Shown here: positions 17,347-24,516 of the stretch, piece after piece
How the letters are laid out: every line of letters starts with the position of its first letter
How positions within the stretch are numbered: the first letter of the stretch is position 1
NCBI GenBank assembly: GCA_046754105.1
Contig: JBHHVD010000045.1
Location: 1-24,516 of the forward strand
DNA: 24,516 nucleotides
Direction: 5' to 3'
Source: Candidatus Krumholzibacteriia bacterium
Lineage (GTDB): Bacteria > Krumholzibacteriota > Krumholzibacteriia > WVZY01
The notes under the pieces: model-generated
The model's database searches: none
What the model was told of the DNA's origin: nothing
Seen by the model: the letters and a program-made list of their open reading frames with translations, nothing else
Program-made: the position numbers and the translations under genes

Positions 17347-18405
17347 TCAGCCAAGTCGTTTCTTGAGCTCGTCGATATTCTTTACCGGCGTCGGATCGAT
17401 GTCGTTCAAATACGCGAGGTAAACGCTCGTAAAGTCGCCCAGCATCATCGCCGACAACATGCGTTCCAGGCGTTCACCCTCGAAGTTCGAGATCCTCGCG
17501 ACCGCGGCCGCCAGGGGCTCTATCATATCTATCGCGACGTCCGCCTGCCTTTTCGCAGCTGGGTGGTCATCCCTATCCTCGAGCGATATAACGAAGGTGT
17601 TCGCGGTAAGCGCGTTGCTCTCCCGCCACCCGACGATTTCGTTGTGCCCCAACTCGGGAAACGCGCCGTAACGCGCGAATACCTCGCTGTTTTCGTTGAA
17701 CTGGCAGGTCCATCTTCGCGCGACCGGATCGAATAATCCACCCCTGGAGTAGATCACCGGTTCGTGCTTTACCATTCGCGATGCGAGATCGGCGGCGGTG
17801 TTCTCCACTGAATCCGAGCGGTACTTCTCGCTCAGGTCGCGCAACCGCTCGCGGGTCGCCGCGAAGTTCTTCCCGTCGAACGATGCCGCGCCCAGGGCAT
17901 CAAGAACGTGTAGCAGCGGAAAGAACGAATAGGCGATCGCTGCCCTCGGAGGCATTCCGCCCGGAATGATGCAGGCCGGCACCCCGTCCCGCCTGCACAT
18001 GCTGGCGAGCAGACCACCACTCGTTATCGCCGCGGACGGGATTCCCCGCTCCCTCACGCTTTCGTAGGCGGCCAACGTCTCGGCCGTGTTGCCCGAGTAA
18101 CTCGAAAACACGAAGAACGCCTTTTCGAGCCACGCGGCCGGAACGAGGAAGTGACGGTTCACCCGCAGCGGCACTGCCAGCCTGTCCCCGAGGCACGAGC
18201 CCACCATATCCCCGCCGATCGCCGACCCGCCCATTCCACAAACGACGATCCTGCCGGGCGCATGCCGGCGAATCGATCGGGCGAATTCCCGCCCCCGCTC
18301 CCATGCATCCGGCATGTGAGCGGGAAACGCCGCGACGAGATCGAGCATGTTGCCCTTGTCCAGGGCCTTACCCAACCGTTCGAGTTCCCGGAAAGCGCCG
18401 GCCAT
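17347..18405 (-). CDS. Bifunctional phosphoglucose/phosphomannose isomerase (SIS-domain, archaeal type)
   Basis: GMGGSAIGG, SSYSGNTAET, ITSGGLL, PPRAA, RRWTCQFNENS, FPELGHNEIVGW, GDFTSVYLA and DPTPVKNIDELK. ATG 18405 is 1 nt after the ptsI stop. Confidence 0.92.
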   Translation of the reverse strand: MAGAFRELERLGKALDKGNMLDLVAAFPAHMPDAWERGREFARSIRRHAPGRIVVCGMGGSAIGGDMVGSCLGDRLAVPLRVNRHFLVPAAWLEKAFFVFSSYSGNTAETLAAYESVRERGIPSAAITSGGLLASMCRRDGVPACIIPGGMPPRAAIAYSFFPLLHVLDALGAASFDGKNFAATRERLRDLSEKYRSDSVENTAADLASRMVKHEPVIYSRGGLFDPVARRWTCQFNENSEVFARYGAFPELGHNEIVGWRESNALTANTFVISLEDRDDHPAAKRQADVAIDMIEPLAAAVARISNFEGERLERMLSAMMLGDFTSVYLAYLNDIDPTPVKNIDELKKRLG

Positions 18406-18406
18406 A

Positions 18407-20239
18407 CTACTCGCCAAACATTGCCAGGTCGGGACACCGCTCCCTGAGCAACTTCGTCACTTCTCGTTCGATCTCATCCGTCGTCGAATACTCCAGTATC
18501 CTTTTCACCAGCATCTTACACTCGTCGTAGGTCACCGATCGTATTGTTTTCTTCACTTCCGGCATGGTGCTCGGGCTGCAGCTGAATTCGTCCATCTGCA
18601 GGCCGATCAGGACCACCGTTGACATCGGATCCACGGCCATTTCACCGCAGATCGAGACCGGGATCTTGCTCTTGCGGGCTGCCTCCACCGTCATCTTCAG
18701 GAGCCGGATGATGCTCGGGTGCAGGTGCTGATACAGATGCGAAATCTTGCTGTTTCCCCTGTCCACGGCCATCGTGTACTGGATAAGGTCGTTCGTACCT
18801 ATGGAGAAGAAATCTACCTCTTTGGCCATGGCATCCGCCAGCAGCACCGCCGAGGGCGTCTCCACCATAATGCCGATTTGCACCTTCTCATCGATGCGGA
18901 AGCGGTTGCCTGCCAACTCATCCCTCACCTCGGCGCAGATTTGTTTGGCCTTCTCGATCTCGTCGAGTTCTACGATCAGCGGCAGCAGTATCCGCACGCT
19001 TCCGTGCGCGCTCGCACGATAGATTGCCCTGAGTTGCGTCTTGAAAATGTCCTTGCGCGTGAGCAGGAAGCGGATGCCCCTCCAGCCCATGAAAGGGTTC
19101 AGCTCCGGCGAACCGTGCAGGTAGTCCGCGATCTTGTCGCCGCCGACGTCGAGGACACGGATAGTGACCGGTTTGTCCGTCATGCACTCGAGAACAGCAC
19201 GGTATACCTGGTACTGTTCCTCCTCCGACGGCAGCTGGTCCTGGGCAATGAAAAAATACTCGGTCCTGAATAGCCCCACGCCCTGGGCCCCGTAGGCGAC
19301 GGCGGACTCTACTTCGTCCGGAAGATCGATGTTTGCATTTAGCTTGATGTTTCGATTGTCGAGGGTCTCCGCCGGATAAGCGGTCAGCTTCAGCAACTCT
19401 TGCTCGAGCTTCTTGTAATGCTTGATTTCGCGGCGGTAGGTCTCCAGCGTCGACTTGCGCGGGTTGATGACGATGGTGCCCGTGTTTCCGTCCAGGATGA
19501 CCTGGTCCCCCGTTCGGACCTTTGCGCTGATGTCCTCCAACCCCACCACGGCCACTACGCCCTGCGATCGCGCCAGGATCGCCGTGTGGGACGTGCGCCC
19601 CCCGCGATCGGTCGCGTATCCGAACACGGATTTCCGATCCAGTTGGGCCGTCTCGCTGGGGGCCAGATCGCGTGCAAAAATGATCGACTTCTCCGCCGGG
19701 CTGAAGACCTTTCTCTTTTGCTTGCCGAGGATTTTGCCGATCACCCGCCGCTTCACGTCGAGGATGTCTGTAAAACGGTCTTTGAGGTATTCATCCTCCA
19801 TATCCTCGAAGGTGGCCAATACGTTGGAAATCACTTTTTGAAATGCCCACGCCGCGTTGCGGTTCTCCTCGCGGATCAGCGCCTCTGTGTCGTCCACCAC
19901 CATCACGTCATCGAGGATCAAGAGATGCGCTTCGAAGATACGCGCGTGGTCTTCTCCCAGACGGTCCGAGAGACTCTCCTGGATCTTCAGCAGTTCTTCT
20001 CGCGTCGCCGCCAGGGCACGCTTGAAACTCGCCACTTCCTTCTCGCGTTCCGCGGACGGCACCGTCGTGTTCGGGACGCTGAAGGTCTCCGGACGCATCA
20101 CAAACGCCGGTCCGATCACGATGCCCGGCGCGGCGCCGATGCCCTTACGAACCATCTCTTCCCGTGGCGCGTCGTCCGTTGCCCCGCCGGAGTCCGCCGG
20201 GTGATGTGGCTTGGTATGCGGTGCTCTTCTCGTTTCCAT
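18407..20239 (-). CDS. ptsI: PTS enzyme I (phosphoenolpyruvate-protein phosphotransferase)
   Basis: GGRTSHTAILAR (phospho-His), GVGLFRTE, DVGGDK, NPFMGWRGIR, GIMVETPS, FFSIGTNDLIQY and ICGEMA. There is no N-terminal GAF domain. Alternative start ATG 20155. Confidence 0.96.
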   Translation of the reverse strand: METRRAPHTKPHHPADSGGATDDAPREEMVRKGIGAAPGIVIGPAFVMRPETFSVPNTTVPSAEREKEVASFKRALAATREELLKIQESLSDRLGEDHARIFEAHLLILDDVMVVDDTEALIREENRNAAWAFQKVISNVLATFEDMEDEYLKDRFTDILDVKRRVIGKILGKQKRKVFSPAEKSIIFARDLAPSETAQLDRKSVFGYATDRGGRTSHTAILARSQGVVAVVGLEDISAKVRTGDQVILDGNTGTIVINPRKSTLETYRREIKHYKKLEQELLKLTAYPAETLDNRNIKLNANIDLPDEVESAVAYGAQGVGLFRTEYFFIAQDQLPSEEEQYQVYRAVLECMTDKPVTIRVLDVGGDKIADYLHGSPELNPFMGWRGIRFLLTRKDIFKTQLRAIYRASAHGSVRILLPLIVELDEIEKAKQICAEVRDELAGNRFRIDEKVQIGIMVETPSAVLLADAMAKEVDFFSIGTNDLIQYTMAVDRGNSKISHLYQHLHPSIIRLLKMTVEAARKSKIPVSICGEMAVDPMSTVVLIGLQMDEFSCSPSTMPEVKKTIRSVTYDECKMLVKRILEYSTTDEIEREVTKLLRERCPDLAMFGE

Positions 20240-20253
20240 GCGACGTCCTGCCG

Positions 20254-20520
20254 CTATTCCTCGTAGAAGTTGTGACTGATGAGATCCTCGATGGCCGCCT
20301 TCGCAGCCATCTCGTCATCCCCCTCGACGCGAATCGTGATCGTCGATCCGGCGCCGACGGCCAGGCTGGCGAGGCCCAGTATGCTCTTGCCGTTGGCTTT
20401 CTTCCCGTTCTTGATGACCGTGATCTCGCTCGTAAACTTGTTCGCCAGCTTGACGAATTCACCCGCCGCGCGCAGGTGCATTCCTATCTTGTTGTTCACC
20501 AGTGATTGGAATTCTACCAT
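20254..20520 (-). CDS. ptsH: Phosphocarrier protein HPr
   Basis: 88 aa with His15 (GMHLRAA), Ser46 (NGKSILG) and a GDDE motif. Confidence 0.95.
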   Translation of the reverse strand: MVEFQSLVNNKIGMHLRAAGEFVKLANKFTSEITVIKNGKKANGKSILGLASLAVGAGSTITIRVEGDDEMAAKAAIEDLISHNFYEE

Positions 20521-20571
20521 GTTTGAACCCGTTCTAAGCCTTTGTTCGTGCGCCCGAGTGCGCGGAGTACC

Positions 20572-21324
20572 CTAGACGAAGATCAGCGTGAAAAGAGCGG
20601 AGACTGGGAATAGGATTATTGCAAACCAGGAAGCCGGAACGTCTCTCTTCAAAAGGTACAGGGTCAGAACCGTCAAGGCACTGCCAAAAAACAACATCCA
20701 TTGACCGTTTTGCGGAAAACGGTGGAACACGATGCCCACCAGCACCCCCGCGGCGCCCGCACCAAGGCCCTGGACAACACCGAGGATCCTCTGGAAATCA
20801 GGTCCCGAGAAGACGTCGACGAGTTCCCACCCCTTGGCATAGCCGAAATACACACCCCAAAGGCGGCAGGAGATGATCGTCAGATTGTAGATCAAGAAGA
20901 CGGCCAATAACCCTATGGGAAGCTTATATATAGCAAAGATGCACGCAAAAGTCAATGCCAGAGGCTTCAACGCGCCCAGGAACAGCATATCGCCCATGGC
21001 GGCCAGGGGGCTGGCCAGGGATTTCTTGAAGCGGTCGATGTCGCCCTCGCTCACCGGCTTTCCGGCAAGCCGCTCTTCCTCGAGCCGCAACACCCCGCCC
21101 ATGATCAGGGGCGCGAAGTTCGGATTGCAGTTGAAGAACGATAAATGCCTTAATAATAATGAATTATCCTTGGCCCCCTTCCAGCGGCCCGCGGCGGACA
21201 TCGCACCGGCGAAACCGAGGTTCTGCATCCCCCTCCGGTTGAGCACTCCCTGGAGAAAGAGCATCCTGAGGAAGACCCGGAAAAGGTCGATCCTCCCGAG
21301 TTCTCGTCGGGTTACCGTAGCCAT
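20572..21324 (-). CDS. PTS mannose/fructose/sorbose family IID component
   Basis: LFLQ...N..GMQNLGF, RHLSFFNCNP, LEEE, PLAAMGD and YN motifs; hydrophobic; overlaps the IIC stop by 13 nt. Confidence 0.88.
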   Translation of the reverse strand: MATVTRRELGRIDLFRVFLRMLFLQGVLNRRGMQNLGFAGAMSAAGRWKGAKDNSLLLRHLSFFNCNPNFAPLIMGGVLRLEEERLAGKPVSEGDIDRFKKSLASPLAAMGDMLFLGALKPLALTFACIFAIYKLPIGLLAVFLIYNLTIISCRLWGVYFGYAKGWELVDVFSGPDFQRILGVVQGLGAGAAGVLVGIVFHRFPQNGQWMLFFGSALTVLTLYLLKRDVPASWFAIILFPVSALFTLIFV

Positions 21325-22010
21325 AGGACCAGGATCACCATTACTGCGCAGAGTATGATCACCCTCTTGAGATGCCGGTGCCAGTAGACATGGATCAGGG
21401 ACGCGGCTCCGAGTGCCGGCAGCAGGCGGTCCCAGCTGGCGGCACCCGCTACCAGCGCTCCGCCGACGTAGCGGGTCAACCGCTCCGCCCCATGGTAGCC
21501 GGCGCCGAGCAGAATGAACACGACGACAGCTTCAACGACAAAAAGGTACAACGTCGATCCGGCTTGCAGCACGAGGAGTTTCCGCGCCGTGCGGGCAAAG
21601 CCGGCCTCGGGCGAAAACTCGACGCGGCCCAGGCGGCGGTTTAGCAACGCAAAAAGCGGTGCGGACACCCGCGCACCCAGCTCGCCCGCGAACAGGCCGA
21701 CGAGAATGCCGGTAGCGGAGATGAAATACACCCTGGGGTCTGCCGTCAGCTTCATCAGCAGCGCGGCGGTACCGGCGCCGACGACCGCACCGGCGATCTG
21801 GTCCGGGCGCCTCAGACCGCGCATGGGGAGGATGGAGAGCCAGATGAGTTCCAGGATCAACCCGACGGCGACGGCGGTGCGGACTTCGCCGGTAACAAAA
21901 CCGACGAGGAGCGCCGCAAAAACGGGCTGCGCCAGCAAGCTCTGCCACCCGGCGCGATCGTCGATGGCGAGCACTCCGGCGATCAGACTCAGTAGAATAA
22001 GAGTATTCAT
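21312..22010 (-). CDS. PTS mannose/fructose/sorbose family IIC component (divergent), 232 aa
   Basis: D...Q...QP...G...G...G.ILELIWL...PD N-terminal pattern, multiple TM helices and C-terminal LPALGAASL; located between IIB and IID. Start ATG 22010. Confidence 0.82.
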   Translation of the reverse strand: MNTLILLSLIAGVLAIDDRAGWQSLLAQPVFAALLVGFVTGEVRTAVAVGLILELIWLSILPMRGLRRPDQIAGAVVGAGTAALLMKLTADPRVYFISATGILVGLFAGELGARVSAPLFALLNRRLGRVEFSPEAGFARTARKLLVLQAGSTLYLFVVEAVVVFILLGAGYHGAERLTRYVGGALVAGAASWDRLLPALGAASLIHVYWHRHLKRVIILCAVMVILVLWLR

Positions 22011-22065
22011 CCCAGGAAACTCGGACAAGTAACCGGCGGCACAGGGCACTGTTGCTGCCCGTGGA

Positions 22066-22094
22066 ATTCTATGGCAGACGGGAGGCGCGGTCTA
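22066..22094 (-). promoter_or_regulatory. Putative internal sigma70-type promoter upstream of IIC
   Basis: Minus strand TAGACC (22094-22089), 17 nt, TAGAAT (22071-22066), in the 100-nt IIB-IIC gap. Confidence 0.45.
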
Positions 22095-22110
22095 TTGAAA
22101 ATGGAATCGC

Positions 22111-22587
22111 CTATACCACCATGGAGTTGATTACGACCGGGCTGTTCCCCGGGATATCCTGCGCCAGAAGCGTGATCCCGCTCTTGACGAGGTCCCGCAG
22201 GAGCGTCTTGTCCTCTTCGGTCAAAAACACGAAGGGAAGCAGTTCCTCTGCGCCTTGCCGATAATGCAGGCCGCCGACGTTGATCTCCTCGAGCTGAACG
22301 CCTTTCTGCACCATCGCGTGCACGTCCTTCACCGTCTCGAACAGCATGAGTACCGCCTCGTTGGTGAACAAGTTGTTGAGCAGTTCCACGGTCGTTTCCT
22401 CGAGACTGAGGAAAGACACTTTGACCTGAGGAGGAACGCTGGCCGTATAGAACTTGCGCTCCCAGAGGTTCGCCGCGATACGATCGTTGGCTACAACGAT
22501 TCTGTCAGGCTTGAGTAACCGTGACCAGCCGAGCACGACTTGCCCATGAATGAGCCGATCATCGATGCGCACGAGACTCAACGGCAT
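22111..22587 (-). CDS. PTS mannose/fructose/sorbose family IIB component
   Basis: LVRIDDRLIHGQV (phospho-His), IVVAND and INVGGLH; TGATG overlap with the IIA stop. Confidence 0.94.
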   Translation of the reverse strand: MPLSLVRIDDRLIHGQVVLGWSRLLKPDRIVVANDRIAANLWERKFYTASVPPQVKVSFLSLEETTVELLNNLFTNEAVLMLFETVKDVHAMVQKGVQLEEINVGGLHYRQGAEELLPFVFLTEEDKTLLRDLVKSGITLLAQDIPGNSPVVINSMVV

Positions 22588-22979
22588 CAGATCTTGCTCG
22601 GATCCAGCACCTTGATGCTGTCCTGACCGCGCTTGACGATCTCGGCCGTGAGGTCGTCCGGTGGTAACGTGTCACGCTTATTCACAAACGCCAGCAGCAT
22701 GGGAAGGTTTACCCCGCTGATCACGCGTATGTCCGGATGAGCGATCTCGATCCTGAGGCACGCGTGGCTGCAGCTTCCTCCAAAATAATCGACGAATATA
22801 ATACAGGGATTACCCTTCTCGGATTCCAAAAGCAAGAGAATTTCATCGTACAACGTCTGCGGGGACTTGTGCGAATTGGTCACGCCGTGGCAGTGTGAGA
22901 AGTCACCCAGGATCAATCTCGCCGTGCCCAGCAACTCCTCGGCGAGAGCTCCATGTGTGACGATGATGCCGGCAGTCAT
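22587..22979 (-). CDS. PTS mannose/fructose family IIA component, 130 aa
   Basis: From ATG 22979: GIIVTHG.LA, FVDYFGGSC and VISGVNLPMLL. The ORF-track extension to 23255 overlaps hprK and is unlikely to be real. Confidence 0.92.
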   Translation of the reverse strand: MTAGIIVTHGALAEELLGTARLILGDFSHCHGVTNSHKSPQTLYDEILLLLESEKGNPCIIFVDYFGGSCSHACLRIEIAHPDIRVISGVNLPMLLAFVNKRDTLPPDDLTAEIVKRGQDSIKVLDPSKI

Positions 22980-22999
22980 ACCTCTCCCTGTTCCCGTTG

Positions 23000-23974
23000 C
23001 TATTCCGTGTCGTATCTCAGGTAGTGCCGGGTCTTGCGGTCGCTTTCCATCTGATCGACTAGCATGCGGTCGAACCGCTCGGCCGCGCTGATCCCGTACA
23101 CTTTGAACATGTGGTTCATGGCAATGACTTCCGATATCACGGTGATGTTCTTCCCGGGATAAAGCGGAACGACGACCTGCGGAATGTTTACATCCAGCAC
23201 GCTCGTCGTTCGATCCTCGAGGCCCGAGCGCTCCCAGTCCTTGCCCGAGTCCCACCGCATGAGATGGACCTCGACTTCGAGGCGTTTTTGAACTCGTATC
23301 GCGCGAATACCAAAGAGATCCTGAACGTTGATGATCCCGATACCTCGGATTTCCATGAAGTGCTGCAAGTGCTGGTTGCCCCTGCCGAGCAGAATGTCTT
23401 CCGACCTTTTCGTAACCTGGACTGTATCGTCGGCCACCAGTCGATGCCCGCGCTCGACCAGGTCCAGCGCGATCTCGCTCTTGCCGATCCCGCTCGGACC
23501 GGTAAACAAAAGACCGACGCCGTAGACGTCGACCAGGGTCCCGTGCAGGACGTCGGTCGGCGCGAAAACGCCGTCCAGAAACTGGGTGAGTTCGTGGATG
23601 AACGGCGTCGTGAGCATGGTCGTACGCAGCACCGGCACTCCCTTCTGTGAGGCAAGTGCCATGAGTTCTTTCGGTATTTCCAGGCTACGCGTCACAACGA
23701 TGCATACGAGTGGTACGGAGAAAAGATTTTCGATGTCGCTCTTGCGCCCTTCTTTCGACCGCGTATTGAGATACAAGATCTCCGTTTCACCGAGGATCTG
23801 GATCCGCTCGTTGAGGAAGTTTTGCATGAACCCGGTCAAGGCCAGCCCGGGCCGGTGAATGTCCGGGACCGATATCGGCAGGGGGCCCTCGACGACATCC
23901 CCAAGTAGTTCGAGGGACAACGTTTCCTTGTTGATCTCCAGGAACTCTTTTACCGACAGGACCTTCTTCTCCAT
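23000..23974 (-). CDS. hprK: HPr(Ser) kinase/phosphorylase
   Basis: IHRPGLALTGF, RIQILGETE, LHGTLVDVYGVG, Walker A GPSGIGKSE, GHRLVADD, MEIRGIGIINV and PGKN; full-length form with the N-terminal domain. Confidence 0.97.
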   Translation of the reverse strand: MEKKVLSVKEFLEINKETLSLELLGDVVEGPLPISVPDIHRPGLALTGFMQNFLNERIQILGETEILYLNTRSKEGRKSDIENLFSVPLVCIVVTRSLEIPKELMALASQKGVPVLRTTMLTTPFIHELTQFLDGVFAPTDVLHGTLVDVYGVGLLFTGPSGIGKSEIALDLVERGHRLVADDTVQVTKRSEDILLGRGNQHLQHFMEIRGIGIINVQDLFGIRAIRVQKRLEVEVHLMRWDSGKDWERSGLEDRTTSVLDVNIPQVVVPLYPGKNITVISEVIAMNHMFKVYGISAAERFDRMLVDQMESDRKTRHYLRYDTE

Positions 23975-23975
23975 G

Positions 23976-24503
23976 TCACGCCTCGATTATGCCGATCGTC
24001 CCGTCTTCGCGCTTATAGAGGACGTTTAGACGGTTCGTAGTCCGATTCAGGAAAATATTGAAGCCACCGCCGTTCTCGTTCAGTTTCAAGATGGCCTCTG
24101 ACAGCAACAGCTGGGGAAACTCGATTGGATCCGCCGGGATTACCTCGCCTTCGCGAGTGCGATCGTCGTTGCTCGGGGGCGCGGGCGCAGGCTCCGCGGT
24201 GGATTTCTTGCGGGGCTTCTTGGCGTATCTCTTACCCTTGTGCTTTAGAATCTGGCGCTCGAGACGCTCGACGACCCTGTCCACTGACGCGTACATATCG
24301 TCTGACTCGTCATGTCCTACGAAGTCCTTTCCATTCACGTGCAAGGTTATTTCGACGAAATGGCGGTATTTTTCGAGCGTGAAGATGATGTGGGCGCTCA
24401 CCAATTTGTTAGAAAAGGTCGTGAGATTCTGGACTTTTGATTCTGCGTAGTTTTTTAGCGCCGGAGTCAGTTCGTAGTGCCTTGAAGTCGTTACAATGTT
24501 CAT
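23976..24503 (-). CDS. hpf: Ribosome hibernation promoting factor, long form (RaiA/HPF, sigma54 modulation protein)
   Basis: N-terminal S30AE domain (LTPALKNYA...DMYASVD...LERQILKHK), a linker, and a C-terminal domain (EAILKL...F.N...LNVLYKREDGTIGIIE); SD-like GAGAGG upstream. Confidence 0.93.
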   Translation of the reverse strand: MNIVTTSRHYELTPALKNYAESKVQNLTTFSNKLVSAHIIFTLEKYRHFVEITLHVNGKDFVGHDESDDMYASVDRVVERLERQILKHKGKRYAKKPRKKSTAEPAPAPPSNDDRTREGEVIPADPIEFPQLLLSEAILKLNENGGGFNIFLNRTTNRLNVLYKREDGTIGIIEA

Positions 24504-24516
24504 TCCGCACCTCTCT

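Noticed and set aside
20156..20239. 28-aa N-terminal extension on enzyme I as a regulatory domain
   Set aside because: It is too short and low in complexity for a GAF domain, and may just reflect start-codon ambiguity (ATG 20239 versus 20155).

Overview
A GC-rich bacterial chromosomal window of housekeeping and envelope genes. I found no mobile element, CRISPR array, tRNA or rRNA. Left to right it holds four blocks. (1) The start of a rimP-nusA operon on the minus strand; nusA runs off the left edge and ends in an acidic tail with a perfect 42-bp tandem repeat. (2) A minus-strand pair: a ~2030-aa SprA/Sov-like (type IX secretion translocon family) outer-membrane protein followed by an M28-family enzyme with glutaminyl-cyclase-type motifs. 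(3) A divergent, translationally coupled lptF-lptG-GWxTD-domain operon on the plus strand. (4) A long minus-strand run: hpf-hprK-mannose-family PTS IIA-IIB-IIC-IID-HPr-enzyme I-bifunctional PGI/PMI-sugar-phosphate nucleotidyltransferase-metK-ahcY, ending in an intrinsic terminator. SprA together with a complete PTS and sigma70-type promoters suggests a diderm FCB-group organism outside Bacteroidota (inference only). The best candidate for an undescribed system is the divergent envelope locus [glutaminyl-cyclase-like - sprA] <-> [lptF-lptG-GWxTD protein], which has a structured ~100-nt element between the two arms. The second candidate is a mannose-family PTS permease whose sugar-binding motifs are altered. 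All family calls come from motif recognition by eye; no database search was run.
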